Assembly: GCF_009914755.1 (NCBI RefSeq)
Contig: NC_060935.1
Length of the DNA: 64,000 bases
Strand: one strand, 5' to 3'
DNA from: the human T2T-CHM13v2.0 reference genome, Homo sapiens
Position 1 is the stretch's first letter. Each line of letters opens with the position of its first letter. Under the pieces are notes generated by a model. It saw nothing but the letters and a program-made list of their open reading frames with translations, had not been told where the DNA came from and made no database searches. Of the stretch, positions 1 to 17,599 are shown piece after piece. Both the position numbers and the translations under genes were made by a program.

Positions 1-2552
<2,552 letters not shown>

Positions 2553-2591
2553 TCATTAGTTGATGCAGTTTCTTCCTAGTCTCGATGGTCT

Positions 2592-3056
2592 TTACATTTT
2601 GGCATGATTTTGCAGCGGCTGGTACCGGTTGTTCCTTTCCATGTTTAGCGCTTCCTTCAGGAGCTCTTTTAGGGCAGGCCTGGTGGTGACAAAATCTCTC
2701 AGCATTTGCTTGTCTGTAAAGTATTTTATTTCTCCTTCACTTATGAAGCTTAGTTTGGCTGGATATGAAATTCTGGGTTGAAAATTGTTTTCTTTAAGAA
2801 TGTTGAATATTGGCCCCCACTCTCTTCTGGCTTGTAGGGTTTCTGCCGAGAGATCCGCTGTTAGTCTGATGGGCTTTCCTTTGAGGGTAACCCGACCTTT
2901 CTCTCTGGCTGCCCTTAACATTTTTTCCTTCACTTCAACTTTGGTGAATCTGACAATTATGTGTCTTGGAGTTGCTCTTCTTGAGGAGTATCTTTGTGGC
3001 GTTCTCTGTATTTCCTGAATCTGAACGTTGGCCTGCCTTGCTAGATTGGGGAAGTT
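2592..3056 (-). pseudogene. L1 ORF1p C-terminal remnant (partial RRM + CTD), in frame with upstream SVA SINE-R sequence
   Basis: In ORF 2592..3161 the first 35 aa are SINE-R-derived (GTG start) and the rest is ORF1p. Confidence 0.9.
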
Positions 3057-4575
3057 GGGAGTGGTAATGACTCTTAACGAGCATGCTGCCTTCAAGCATC
3101 TGTTTAACAAAGCACATCCTGCACCACCCTTAATCCATTTAACCCTGAGTGGACACAGCACATGTTTCAGAGAGCACGGGGTTGGGGGTAAGGTTATAGA
3201 TTAACAGCATCCCAAGGCAGAAGAATTTTTCCCAGTACAGAACAAAATGGAGTCCCCCATGTCTACTTCTTTCTGCACAGACACAGCACCAATCCAATCT
3301 CTCTATCTTTTCCCCACATTTCCCCCTTTTCTATTGGACAAAACTGCCATCATCATCATGGCCCGTTCTCAATGAGCCGTTGGGTACACCTCCCAGATGG
3401 GGTGGCGGCCGGGCAGAGGGGCTCCTCACTTCCCAGATGGGGTGGCCGGGCAGAGGCTCCCCCCACCTCCCGGACAGGGCGGCAGCCGGGCAGAGGCGCC
3501 CCACAACTCCCGGATGGGGCTGCCGGCCAGGTGTGGGCTGCCCGCCACCTCCCTCCTGGATGGAGCGGCTGGCTGGGCGGGGGCTGCCCCCCACCTCCCG
3601 GACAGGGAGGCTGGCTGGGCAGGGGTTGTCCCCCACCTCCCGGACGGGGTGGCTGCCGGGCAGGGGCTACCCCCCACCTCCCTCCTGGACGGGGCGGCTG
3701 GCCAGGTGGGTGTTGCCCCCACCTCCCTCCTGGATAGGGCGGCTGGCCGGGCGGGGGCTGCCCCCCACCTCCCGGTCGGGGCGGCTGCCGGGCGGAGATG
3801 CTCCTCACTTCCCAAATGGTGCGGCTGCCGGGTGGAGGGGCTCCTTACTTCTTAGACGGGGCGGCCGGGCAGAGACGCTCCTCACCTCCCAGACAGGGTT
3901 GCGGCCAGGCAGAGGCACTCCTCACATCCCAGACGGGGTGGTGGGGCAGAGGCACTCGCCACATCTCAGACTATGGGCGGCGGGGCAGAGACGCTCCTCA
4001 CTTCCTAGAGGGGATGGTGGCCGGGAAGAGGCGCTCCTCACTTCCCAGACTGGGCAGCCAGGCAGAGGGGCTCCTCACATCCCAGATGATGGGCGGCCAG
4101 GCAGAGACGCTCCTCACTTCCCAGACGGGGTGGCGGCCAGGCAGAGGCTGCAATCTCAGCACTTTGGGAGGCCAAGGCAGGTGGCTGGGAGGTGGAGGTT
4201 GTAGCGAGCCGAGATCACGCCACTGCACTCCAGCCTGGGCAACATTGAGCACTGAGTGAACGAGACTCCGTCTGCAATCCCGGCACCTCGGGAGGCCGAG
4301 GCTGGCGGATCACTCGCGGTTAGGAGCTGGAGACCAGCCCGGCCAACACAGCGAAACCCTGTCTCCACCAAAAAAATACGAAAACCAGTCAGGCGCGGCG
4401 GCACACGCCTGCAGTCGCAGGCACTCGCAGGCTGAGGCAGGAGAATCAGGCAGGGAGGTTGCAGTGAGCCGAGATGGCGGCAGCGCAGTCCAGCTTCCGC
4501 TCGGCATCAGAGGGAGACCGTGGAAAGAGAGGGAGAGGGAGACCGTGGGGAGAGGGAGAGAGGGAGAGGGAGAGG
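3057..4575 (-). mobile_element. SVA retrotransposon (older SVA_A/B-like); 3' end displaced by the L1 insertion
   Basis: Minus-strand order: (CCCTCT)n hexamer 4575-4510, Alu-like region ~4510-4140, GC-rich VNTR ~4140-3385, SINE-R 3385-3057 lacking its 3' end and poly(A). Confidence 0.93.
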
Positions 4576-7108
4576 AATATTTTTTTAAAAATAAGAAAAT
4601 ATGTGTGATAAATGAATATAATATTTACATATACTATTTTATCATTTACTACCATAAAATCTACACCAATCTATTATAAAAAGTTAAAATTTTTCAAAAC
4701 TTTTGTGCACACTTGTGAGCCATTCCTGATTAAGAGAAAACAAAGATTTACTATTAAATCATAACTACATAAAATTAACTGTAGTACATGTTGTACTACT
4801 GTAGTAATTTCAAAGCCACCTCCTATTGATATTGCAATGGTCTCAAGTATTGTGAGTATCTGCTTAAATCACAGTTTGAGGCTAATCATCTCCCTGTGAA
4901 CTGTTCATTTCACCACTAAATCACACATCACAGTGAAAAGTGATTGTTCCTGATTATTGCACATTTTTTATCATTGTCTTTTGCAATACTGTGAACCTTA
5001 AATAACACCATGGGAGCAAAGGTGTCAGTAGTGGTGCTGAAACTGCTCCCAAGACGAAGAGAAAAGTCATGATATTACAAGAAAAAGTTGAGTTGCTTAA
5101 TATGTACTGTGGATTCAGGTCTGCAGCTGCAGATGCCCTTCATTTCAAGATAAACAAATCCAGCATAAGGAAAGACCAACGTAATGAAAGAAAAGGAAAC
5201 GTATGAAGCCATCCCTGTGGCTACACCAGCAGATGTGAAAACTTGCTCTTCTGGGGAAATACCTTTTTATGTAATTTTGAACATGCAGCTTTTATGTAGG
5301 TGTAGGATTGGGTATAACAAAGGCATACATATAGAGTCTAATATTATTCAAGAAAAAGAAAAGTCATTAAAGATGACTTACTCAAAAGGAAGGTGAAGGA
5401 TCTAAAGCTGGATAATTTAGTGTTAGCAAAGGATGGTTTGATAATTTTACAAAGATATTTGGCTTAAAAATTGTCAAGATAATAAGAAAAACAGCTTCTG
5501 TTGCCCAAGAAGCAGCAGACAAGTTCCAAGACACCATTAAGAAAACCACTGAGGAGAAGGAATATTTGCTGCAACAGGTTTTTAATGTGTGTCAAAGTGC
5601 TCTATTCTGTACAGAAAAATACCACAAAGAACATTTATTAGTAAAGAAGAGAAGTGAGCACTAGGATTTAAGGCAGGAAGGAGTAAGCTAACCCTCCTGT
5701 TTTGTGACAATACAGTCAGGTTTATTATGATCATGACTTTTCTTATCTACACAGTTGCTAATCTCCTAGCATTGAAGGGAAAAGATAAACATCAGCTACC
5801 AGTCTTTTGGTTGTACAAGAAGAAGACCTGGACATTTAGAGCTATTTTCCTTGATTGTGTCCATCAGCACTTTGTCCCTGAAATCATGAAGTACCTGGCT
5901 AGGAAGGACTGCCTTATAAAGTTCCTTTGCTATTGAGCAATGCCCCTTGCCACCCAGAACCTCATGAGTTCAACATGGAAAGTATCTACTTGCTTCCAGA
6001 CAAAAAGTCTCTAATTCAGCCTCTAGATTAGGGGTCATAAGGACTATAAAGGCTCAATACACACAGTACTCTATGGAAAGGATCGTCAATGGTTTGAAGA
6101 GGATCCGAATAGAGACAACATCATGAAAGTCTGGAAAAATTATACCACTGAAGATACAACTGTTGTTATGGAAAAAGCCCTGAAAGCCATCAAGCCTGAT
6201 ACAATAAATTCCTGCTGAAGAAAACTGTTTCCAGATTTTATGTATCACTTCACAATATTTATGATAGAGCCAGTCAAGGAAATCATGAGATCATGGGTAT
6301 AAAAAAGAAAAGGTGGGGGTGAAGGGTTTCAGAATATGGATCTTGGAGAAATTCAAGAGCTAACAGACATCACACTACAAGAATTAACAGAAGATGACTT
6401 TGATGGAGATAAGTGCTTTTGGACCAGTGCCAGATGAGGAGGAAGATGATGTTGAAGAAGTAGTGACAGAAAACAAATTGACATTAGATAATCTGGCAGG
6501 AGGGTTTCAGTTATTCAAGACTGCTTTTGACTTCTTTTATGACATGATCCTTTCTATGATACAGGGACTGAAATTAAAGCTAACAGTGGAAGAAGGATTG
6601 GTACTGTATAGAAACATTTTTGGAGAAATGAAAAAGAAAAAAAAGGCAAAAATGCATTTCCTTAAATGTGTTAAGTTAAACTAAGTGTGCCTTCCTCTCC
6701 TGCCTCCCCTTCCACCTCATCCGCCTCTTCCACCACTGCCACCCCTGAAACAGCAAGACCAACCCCTTCCCTTCCTCTTCCCCATCAGCCTACAGTATGA
6801 AGACAATTAGGATGAAAACCTTTATGATGATCCACATCTACTTAATGAATAGTAAATATATATTTTTCTTCCCTATGATTTTCTTGATAACATTTCTTCC
6901 TCTTGCTTACTTTATTATAAGAATACAGTATATAATGCATACAACATACAAAAATACATGTTAATCAACGATTATGTTAGTTGTAAGGATTTGGGTCAAC
7001 AGTAGGCCATTAGTAGTTAAGATTTAGGAGAGTCAAAAGTTATATGTAGATATTTGACTGTGTAAGCTGATGTTGCCTCTAACTCCTGCGTTGTTCAAGG
7101 GTCAACTG
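4576..7108 (+). mobile_element. Tigger2 (pogo-family) DNA transposon, decayed; left TIR missing
   Basis: Right TIR GTTGTTCAAGGGTCAACTG followed by TA at 7109-7110. Degenerate transposase fragments at ~5010-6680 (e.g. ALKGKDKHQLPVFWLYKKKTW, LTLDNLAGGFQLFKTAFDFFY). Confidence 0.88.
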
Positions 7109-8267
7109 TATATTTTAAGGGAAAATGAGGTTAAGAGAGATTTTTTAACATTAACATTTTATTTCTCTCTAAAGATGTAATTTATAATCATGAAAAATAA
7201 TTTAAGTGGTGAACAAAATATATAGTGAAAAGCACTTGTATTTCTCTGTCGACTCATGGTATTATTAAATCATTTGCACTTTGATAATATTATGAATCAA
7301 AATGGCATCATAATATTTTAATTTGTAGTTTTAAAATTATGAGTAAGATAGTAAATATTATGTCAATATTTCCTAAAAGCTACCTATCCATATACTAAAA
7401 CCATTTTTTTATTTATTTTTCCTTATTGATTTCTAAAAACTATAAATTAAGGACGGTAGCTCATTGGAATATGTTGAAAATATTTTTACTCTTGTCATTT
7501 AATTTGGGCTTTATGACCTTCAGATAATGCCAAGCTTTATAATTTTTAGATTTTTAAAATTTTATGATATATAGTATCTGTATCTTGCATGCAAAGGTCA
7601 GTTGTTTATTTAATTGGTTAATTTTGGTATCTAGGTAGGATAGGTGATTTAATTAATGAAAAGAGGGTTATGAATAGTATGAAATGCATAAAAATGTGGG
7701 AAGGGGTGGCATTTAAAGTCCAGGTGGAGGAAACCAACTGAGAAGATGTACTACAGAACTAGAACAGAAATTTAAAAATGTGTTGGGGCAGATATAGCTT
7801 AAAAGTTTAGAAATAGAAAAATCACTTGATGGCCTTTCTTCCTAAATTTAGAGGCAATTCGGAGAAGGAAGTTTGTGTGTGTGTGTGTGTGTAGCATAAG
7901 GGGTGTGGCAGTGGGTTGAGAAACAGTCAGTGGAGATTGGAAACCAGGAAACCTCTACTGCTAATAAGTGGTTTCATTTATTATTTTTGAAAGATATTAC
8001 TCCATCTGTAATAAACAATGAGGAGAGAAAGATTTCATTAAACTATAATGCAAGATATTTTTAAAGTAACACCAAATTTAACATTTGTAACTGTAGAGTC
8101 ACATAAAGTATTATATTAATTTCTCACTGTTAGGGATTTAAAGGTTCATTAAACAATAGCCCTTTTCTCAAATTAAATACCAGCAAGAAGTCATGGAGTT
8201 AGTATGCATTAGCTAAATAAAACCAAATCTTTGATCTGTGACCAAATATTCTTCTCCATCCCCACAG

Positions 8268-8425
8268 TCACAGACAGGGCTGAACAATCACAGGACTTGC
8301 TTGCTTTAATAGATAGCTTTTGGAAGGACAACAGAAAAACTCTTAGGTTCAGAGAACAGACTGCTCCATGAAAAGAAGAGATGGAGTCATACACACTTAA
8401 CCCCTTCTCCAGTTTCACCAGACAG
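8268..8425 (+). other. candidate orphan internal exon (158 nt)
   Basis: Acceptor ttcttctccatccccacAG and donor CAG|GTGAGT; sequence signal only. Confidence 0.35.
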
Positions 8426-8629
8426 GTGAGTCACTATCCCCAGAAAGGATAGTAGGAAGATGGTGGAATAAAGCTGTGTGTTTTCCTTCCATGCTTTCCT
8501 CTCCTGGAGCATAAAAGTTCCCCTCAAACACCCCTATTAAAATGTAAAGAATGAGATATTTCTTTTATTTCTCACAAGTCCCTTCTGAAGTGAGTAATAT
8601 TAACCTAACTTTATAGATGAAGAATCTGA

Positions 8630-8954
<325 letters not shown>

Positions 8955-9249
8955 GACGTTACTTATGTCTTTAAATGCAACTCTGCTTGCTAGATATAAG
9001 CTGAAATGTAAATAATACCAGTTGCCGTGGGAGGTGCTGTAGGTCTGACAACTGAAAATGAACAGGGGCTTTTGATGTTATTGGATGAAGTATTCCTATG
9101 TCCAGGATGAAACCAACCCAGGACTTTGAAGCCCTCTTCTAATACTAGAGCTTGTCCTTTAAAGTAATCTGCATCTCAAAGTGCGCTGGTAGCTTTGAGA
9201 TTGATTGCACTGCGAACATTTGTTTAGATAAATATTTAAAACATTTTGA

Positions 9250-9470
9250 TAATAATCACTTTTTATAGAGTGATCTTTATTTAGCAAGCACTGTTCTAAG
9301 TGGTTGATCTTCATGTATTAATTTATTGACTTTTTATAGCAATTCTATTTGTAAGCTATTATTACTAACTTCATTTTATAGCTGAAGAAACTGAGACACA
9401 GAGAGACAACTAATTTGCTCAAGGTCCCACAGGCAGTAAATGGCAGTGAGGATATTGGAAGGTAACCTGT
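9250..9470 (+). mobile_element. MIR fragment
   Basis: MIR core: attttatagctgaagaaactgagacacagagagacaactaatttgctcaaggtcccacag. Confidence 0.6.
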
Positions 9471-9862
9471 ATCCTAAACCATTCTGGAAAACCATCTCTG
9501 GATCTTTGATAATCCTCAATTTCAGTAATAAATTTTGTCCTTACAGTATAAGAGAATATGTTTTTCTCTATTTTCAAGATAGATAATTTGAACAAAGGAA
9601 AATGTAGAATTAAAGGTGATTCTGAAAATGTTTCTTTTTTAAAAAAAATAAGATTAACAAACCAGGAGCAATTACACTTTCTGTAATCAAGAAAATTTAA
9701 TAATTAGATGGACTATTCAAACTGCACTTCCATTTTCCCAGGAAACTAAACTTTTTGATGAAACTTTAGTTTTTAGTAAACAGAAAAGTTTGAAGTTGCT
9801 TTATAAGTGTGTGTAAACATCTACAGAGAAACAAAAGCAAACTGAATATTATTCTGTGCTGA

Positions 9863-10247
<385 letters not shown>

Positions 10248-10424
10248 TGTTTCTAGAAGATTGACATGATTTTGTGGAATTAACAGAAGATGTGAACTAT
10301 CATACATATATATATATACACACACACACAGATTTATATACACACATATATACATATGTATATTTCTATTAGTTGGCAGGCATTGTGATAAATCATACTA
10401 AAAACAGTGACTGATTAACTGAGG

Positions 10425-10612
10425 CTCATCAACCGAATTCTATTTTTGTACAATAGTTTCTTTGGAACATAGTCGCATTCATTGACATAATGTCTATGGC
10501 TGCTTTGGGGCTATAACTGCAGAAGTGAACAGTTTTAATAGAAATCATATGTCCCATAGAGCCTTAAATATTTACTATCTGACCCTTTACAGGAGAGGTT
10601 TGCTACCTGATC
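10425..10612. mobile_element. MER58-like hAT MITE fragment
   Basis: atgtctatggctgcttt...aaatatttactatctgaccctttacag...gtttgc resembles MER58. Confidence 0.55.
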
Positions 10613-12499
10613 CAGAGTTTTTTCATCTGTGAAGATGAATATGCCTACTTACATAGCAGTATTAAGTTTTCAATATTACTCAAAAGTAGTCATGGTTTGC
10701 ACATAAACTCCACTTTTTTTTTCAATCCTTATTGAGGTTTAAGGGCTTCTGATGGGTTATGAGATCTGAGAGTCTTAGGAGTGTTGGTTGGAGTTGAGGG
10801 TACAGGCTTGAATGCCATGATTCTCAGTGGAGAGGAGACCCAGAACAAAGGAGCTTTTTTTGACTTCAACATCCTGGAACATAATGTTCAAAGCAATTGC
10901 AACAGGCAATGCATTTGAATTACCTCCTCATTCAACACTAAGTGATTTAATTTTACCTAAAATAAAAGAATGTGCTAAGTTTAATAAGAAGTGTACTCTT
11001 TGGGTATAGATATTAGTCTTTTTAATACAGTTATTTTTACACCTCTCATTTGCTAAATTGTATCAATAACATGGATTAAAAATGCTTCTTTTCTTTTTTC
11101 CTCATCCCATCGTCCCCAGTTTCCTCGGAGTTGTTTTTTCTGTAAAACAAATGTAATTGTTTCATCCTTCTGCAAAATGATCTTAGCTGACTCCCCTTTG
11201 CCATCATATTCCACTCCATAATTTGGCATACACTACATGGCCTAAAATCTGCCAATCACTTCCTATGTTACTCAGAGGTGAGATTTAAAATATGTAACAA
11301 CTAGTAAGATGTGGATCCAATCAAAACAGATGCAAGTCATAACCAATGGGTTAATTTATGCTGATGCATACCAGCCGAATATCAGAATTGACACACTTCT
11401 GCACCTTCCCACTGCTGTATCTTCACCTATATCTCAAAATGCTTACAATTCGCTGACCATATCTAGCTTACAGTGTAACCTACACTGTTTTCTCCCTGGA
11501 ATTACTTCCCTGTCTTTTACCTATATACTCAGGTTTATGTATCTGGTTTATCATGTAAGACATTTCCAGGCAGTTTGGAAGATATCCTGAACTCCAGTAA
11601 GACTTCCACAGATCCCTTAAAAAATCCCTGGAAGTTTTCATTTTTATTTTTCTGTTTTCTTCTTTTTCCTCTTACACTAGAATATAAGCTCCTTGAAAGT
11701 GTGGGTAAAGGTTTATAAATCTTCATATCTTTCATACCTAATACATTATAGATATTTTAGAGTGGCTGAAACTGCAGGGGGAAAGAAATTGGCAGTAATA
11801 GAGAGGCAGAAAAATGATTCTCCTTAACTCAGTCAGCCTAAGTAAAAGGCAGGATTCTCAAACCCTAAAAGTGAAAAAGTAGACTAAATGTATGTTTCTC
11901 TGCAAGTAAGCCAGCTAAAAGTCTCCTGGTGGAGAACAGAGGTGTCTCCTTAGGACACGCTCCCCATGAGTTTATGACAGGTCTATTTCAAAGCTTTTCT
12001 TACTGAATGGTGAATTTCTGGCCTTTGCAAAGCACGTCTGAAGAAATGAGCACTTTCTATGAGGCTTAAATGTGCATTCAATTAATCAATCACTTGCAAT
12101 AGGAAAAGTCAAATTATTAATAAAGTGGTGAGACAAGGAAGACCAGATACATTCTTGGACACGTCTGTGCTGTTTTAAAGGAAGCCTTCATAGGTTTTAT
12201 TTCCTTTCAAAGGCAGGGAAAACAGATGTAGTTTCTTCAGTACTCTGACTTCATATTATTAGACTTGCCAGCTAATAAAGTGAATATTAGATATCATTCA
12301 GTCATTAGTTCAGAATATTTTAAAGCTTTATTGTTTTCTAATAGCTTATCAAGTCATGAATACAAGTCTTTATGCTTCAAGATGATTTATAGAGATTCTC
12401 TCAAGTTACCTTTTTCTACACGCCAAAATCTGTTTTCTTACTTAATTTTACTTTAAAAAAATAATATTTGGCAATTTTTTTACAAAAAGTAATTTTTTA

Positions 12500-12907
12500 A
12501 ATTGCTTTTGTCATGGATACATATTTTTACATATTTATAGGGTACACATGATTTTTTTTTACAGTCATAGAATGAGTAATGATCATGTTAGGGTTAGGGT
12601 ATTTACAGTATCCATCACCTCACATATTTATCATTTCTATGTGTTGGGAACATTTCAAGTTCTCTCTTATAGACATTTTAGAACAAACAATATATTTTTG
12701 TTAATGATAGTCTACTCAGCTAACAAACATTAGAATGTTTTTCTTCTATCTAATTGTATGTTTTTACCCATTAACCAACCTCTCTTATTTACACACTACC
12801 CATGTACACACCCTCTTCAGCCTCTGGTATCTACTTCCATGAGAAAACCTTTTTTTTGGTCCCACATATATGAGTCAGAACATGTAATATTTGTCTTTCT
12901 GTGCCTG
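12500..12907 (-). mobile_element. old L1 (L1MA-type) 3' fragment, cut by a duplication breakpoint
   Basis: Antisense L1 3'UTR motifs (cccacatatatgagtcagaacatg...gtctttctgtgcctg) that stop abruptly. Confidence 0.65.
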
Positions 12908-12983
12908 ACTCCAAATTTCACACTAAACTTAGTGAAAGATGCATCTTGTGAAATGTCCTACGTATTTCTATTTTTTTTTACAG

Positions 12984-15029
12984 GGTTTTGGAGACATATT
13001 ACACAGGTGAGTGTTTATGTAGATTTTAGCATATATTCCTTCAGTTTCCATGAATATCAAAGCAGGCTCTACCAAAGTCATGGCATAAATGATTCAGATA
13101 TTGATACTACCTTTTTGTTTTTGCATCTGCTTTCACTCTCACACCAGAAAAGACAAGAACACTAAATAAAAAAAAAAAAAATAATAAATAGTGAAATAAA
13201 AAAATGTTTATTCCTGAGTTTGTTTTATTGCTTAAAAGCCTGCATGGGTGAAAGATAAAGTTTTGTTTTGTGGATGGTTAGAAAGTCACCAGAGGAAGCA
13301 GGAGAGAAGTGGGGGAAGTATTTTAGCAGTGAAAAAGTTGATGATTTGTTGTTCATACCTACATACATATCAGTTAATAGTCCTGAAAAATAGGTTGAAA
13401 AAACTGTGGAGTGTTAGGACTGTATAAGTCTCTAGGGAAGCTTGTTTCTAAAAGGCACGTCTAGCTGTCTAGAACAAATTTCACATTCTTTATCTTGAAA
13501 AGGAAGCAGCAGATGCAGCAGTCTCCCCAAAACCCCGCTATTTCAGACAAAGAGGTCAGAGGAGTCTGCCAAGAAGTGGAACTCAGAATTTCATTTCCAA
13601 ATATTCTCAAGGCCATAAGGCTAAGGAACCTTACACATGTGGGGCAGAAAAAAAGAAAGATCAGACTGAATTCTGACTCAGGCTCTCCCACTATGCTTTA
13701 AAATTTGGAAACTGTAAATAAAAATTAATTCCAAAAAGGAAGGAATAATTTTTGAATAATCAAATTTGTGGATTCACAGGATTCTCATGAACTGTCTTTT
13801 AAATAGAAATAGTGATTTTTATTTATTTTATGGCTGTAGATGTTGTAACTGCAGGTTTTTCCTTCCAGAAGTGAGTCCGTGCTGCTGCACATGCCCCAGC
13901 CTCTGAATCTAGAGCTCAGTTCAGGGCCCATCACTGGACTGAGGGACAGGCTCATCTAATTCTGAGGTAAGTCTCCACCCATAGGCAGCACTCCCACTAT
14001 CTAAATATTATTATTGTTAGGACCACATAGGTAATATTTCATCCTTTATCAAATATTTTACTTCTTTATAGACATAAGTGAACAACATAATCATGCAACC
14101 CTTTTGTATCTGTGTCTGTGTAGTCAGATTTATAGCAATAAGTTTGAAAGATAGTGAAAAACAAATACATTTTGTCCTCATATATACTGAGTAATGTAAT
14201 GGGAAAAAGGAGTAGTGTAGCAAATTTAAAAAAGGAGCAAATGGAACAATGCTCAGAATGAAGGTGAGTTATTTAATGTTAAATACAAAATTTTACATTT
14301 CCTTAGTGTATTCATTTGAACAGCTAAGAACTGTTCTTTTGGGGAGTATGGTTTACTGGGGATTGCTGGGGGTTTTTAATTTTTTAAATGGATATGTATC
14401 ATGTATTGCAAAAAAATTAGTTAATGGGTAAACATAAAAAGAAATCATTTTGTGAATGCAAGTAAAATTACAAACAAAAAGAAGTTCAGTTTAATTGCAA
14501 TATGAAAAGCTACATGTTAAGTCTAAAATCCAGCTTCAGCCCCAAGCTAACATGGAGGGCCACAGAGAGACTGGTAAAAGATTTTGCAGAAATCTGCTTT
14601 AAATGATCACTTATGACGTGTACTTATGGATTTTTATCCAGTTATCTAGAGCAGTTCTTGAGTAACTGAAAATCTTCACATTCTTTCCAAAATGATAGCA
14701 CTAGTTTTTAAGAATAAGAAACATTTCTAAATAATGATCTTGATAACAGCATAGCATTTAGGGCATATAATGAGCAAATTTTGCTTTGAAAATTGGATTG
14801 AAAGAAGTTGGTCTTACATTTGGCTCTCAATATGTAAGTTTTCAAAACAATTTTAATATCTGTGGTTAGCGTTTTTTTTGTCTTGTAGATAATATTAATC
14901 ATCTCTATACTTTATTAGAAGTTACAAGCAAGTGTCCTTGTGACTTTACATTTCCTGGTAAATTAACTTCTTGATAGAACAATTTTTGCTTATTTACACA
15001 TGCCTATGCATGTTTTCTTTCTTTCTTTC

Positions 15030-15060
<31 letters not shown>

Positions 15061-15568
15061 TTTTGCAGTGGATATTACTCTGCATTATAATGAAGCCAAC
15101 AGTCATATCTTCTGATGTGGAGATTTGAGAAGCATTTGTATTGGATGTGACCGTCAAAATGCGCCCCATATCACTGCAACACCTACAAGTTTTCTTGCAT
15201 GGGGTGCTCAGACTTTCACCTCTGGCAAGTATTACTGGGAGGTCCATGTGGGGGACTCTTGGAATTGGGCTTTCGGTGTTTGTAATAAGTACTGGAAAGG
15301 GAAGAATCAGAATGGCAATATATATGGAGAGGAGGGACTCTTTAGTCTTGGGATTGTTAAGAACGACATTCAGTGCAGTCTCTTTACCACCTCCCCAGTT
15401 ACACTGCAGTATGTCCCAAGACCTACCAACCATGTAGGATTATTCCTGGATTGTGAAGCTAGAACTGTGAGCTTCGTTGATGTTAATCAAAGCTCCCCTA
15501 TATACACCATCCCTAATTGCTCCTTCTCACCTCCTCTCAGGCCTATCTTTTGCTGTATTCATCTCTGA
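12984..15568 (+). pseudogene. TRIM49/TRIM53-type pseudogene, 3' fragment (exons 12984-13006, 13869-13966, 15069-15568; B30.2/SPRY)
   Basis: 23-nt, 98-nt and terminal exons with AG/GT boundaries encode [38 protein letters not shown] and WGAQTFTSGKYYWEVHVGDSWNWAFGVC...LRPIFCCIHL. Stops occur in the 98-nt exon and at 15113-15115. RING, B-box and coiled-coil exons are absent. ATTAAA at ~15698 and ~15722. Confidence 0.9.
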
Positions 15569-17599
15569 CCAGAGACAAATCAGAAATGTGTTTATCTGCT
15601 GTGGGAACCCCTTTATCCCATAAAGCCCTCTTCCTTGTGCCTTATCAAACAGGACAAATAGGTTCTGTTTTATGTCTTGAATTGCATTCTAATGTTATTA
15701 AAACTCATTTATTGTGTTACTATTAAATGTGGTAAAAACACTAAAAGTATATGTATTGGTTCTTTATTAATTAATTTTTGAAAACTCATTATTCATGATC
15801 ATGGCATGAAATATATTCTCTGTTTTTTTTTTCTTTATTTCTCACTACCACTGAGTGAAATAATAGATGACAGACATGTCTGAATGGAGTTAAAATCAGT
15901 GGAAGAGAGTCAGGATATTTTGCTTCATGCAAAAACTTGGAGTGAAGTCTTAATGATAACTGGGAAATGTTGTTTTTCTTTCTCTTTATATAACTGTATT
16001 GCACTTATCCATCATGTTTCATTGTACTAATCTATCCTTTGAGTTATATCAATTGACCTTCCATGCTGGGCTTCATTTTGGAATTCTCACCACATATATA
16101 AATAATCCCGCATTATTAGTGTGCTCTTCTACATTGAAATACACAAGGTGATCAGAACAATGCTGGATTTATTGAATTTTTTTTAAAAAAGTAACTAAAT
16201 ATTGACTCCTACCTCAAAACACACACAGTCACTTCCAAATAGATTCAAGTCCTGAAGGTAAGGGAAACATGACACAATATTCTCATAAGGATTTCTTAAC
16301 CAGGACAAAAATTAACAATTAAAAAAATTAGTTGGTTTATATTAATGATGACTTCTGTGTTTCAAAAAACATGATACAAGAATTGAAATGCAAACCATTA
16401 GTGGAGAAAGATATTCACCCGAACATATATAAAATAAAATACAATTCATGTGCATGATGAATACTTAAAATGTATTTTAAGTATTTTTCCAGATTATTCC
16501 AGAGTGGCCTAGAATAAACTTGGATGACAGAGTCAATGATGAGATTAGCTGTGGAAATGGGAAACCATTTTTTGGAGGACAGTAGTAATGCTGTGAACTT
16601 ATGAAAACAACCAAGTATTCAGTAGCAACTAAAATGTGTCTCCATAACGTTATTTTACAGATGCGTATCTGAAATCTGAAATTTGGGAGAACATTCTACT
16701 AGTGTTCTCTAGTGAGAAAATACAGCTGGAAGGAAGAAGGGAGGGAAGCTGAAGGAGAGAGAAACAGAATGCATTTGAGAGAAAATGCTATTTAGACTAA
16801 AATAGAATACTGCAGATACCATGACAAAGTGGTTAAAGTGTGTCTTATGGAGCAGAAATGGCAAAAAAATACCACAGTAAAGAGATTTACAACTGGATTG
16901 TTAGTTCTGGCTTTTATCCTGTCAATGTTGTGGCTTCTAAACACATCAGTGCTCTCCTTTGATCCATGTGTTAATTAACAACCAACACTCTGCCCCCTCT
17001 CCCAGATTCTTTCATCATTTTAAACCTAATCTAATTCTAATCCAGCTGGTCATTGTAACAAATGTAATCATCTAAGAATTTAAAAAAGATTTTTGATGAA
17101 CTACTGAATATACCTCATTCTCAACAAAAATACTGTTTGAGAGGAAAAGTCGATGGTATTTGCAACCATTTAAGTGCATCCACACATGCAGACATATATA
17201 TTTATATGTATATATTTATGTATCTGAGTTAATTGCATTAATTAGAGTGGCTACCTGGATTAGGATTACACTGGGCTTTGCTGATGAAAGAATTCGGAAT
17301 GTTGTTTGGTTACCCTGTAATACCTATATGAATATATTAACCCTGTAATGTTACTACTGCCAAAGCTCCCTTAGATGTAATCAAGGATGATTGTATAGGG
17401 ATGTATATTGTTGCACTCTTTCCAATCATGAAAGAGGGAAAAATAAATGTACTGTAATGTGGAAATTGTTTAGAAAATTAGAATGCATTTTACTAAACCC
17501 TGTAAAAACCAACACCATCTATATGTGTTAATATATTGATACTAACAGATTTTCTTTTATCTCTTACATGACTATAATTCCTATTTTTCACTAGTATTT

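Noticed and set aside
3331-4655. Many overlapping Gly/Pro/Arg-rich ORFs (up to 274 aa)
   Set aside because: Artefacts of the GC-rich SVA VNTR and Alu-like region.
5010-6684. Domesticated TIGD-like transposase gene
   Set aside because: Multiple stops and frameshifts; an ordinary decayed Tigger2.
15125-15568. 147-aa stand-alone SPRY ORF
   Set aside because: Starts at TTG inside a pseudogene exon downstream of stop codons; no evidence for independent initiation.
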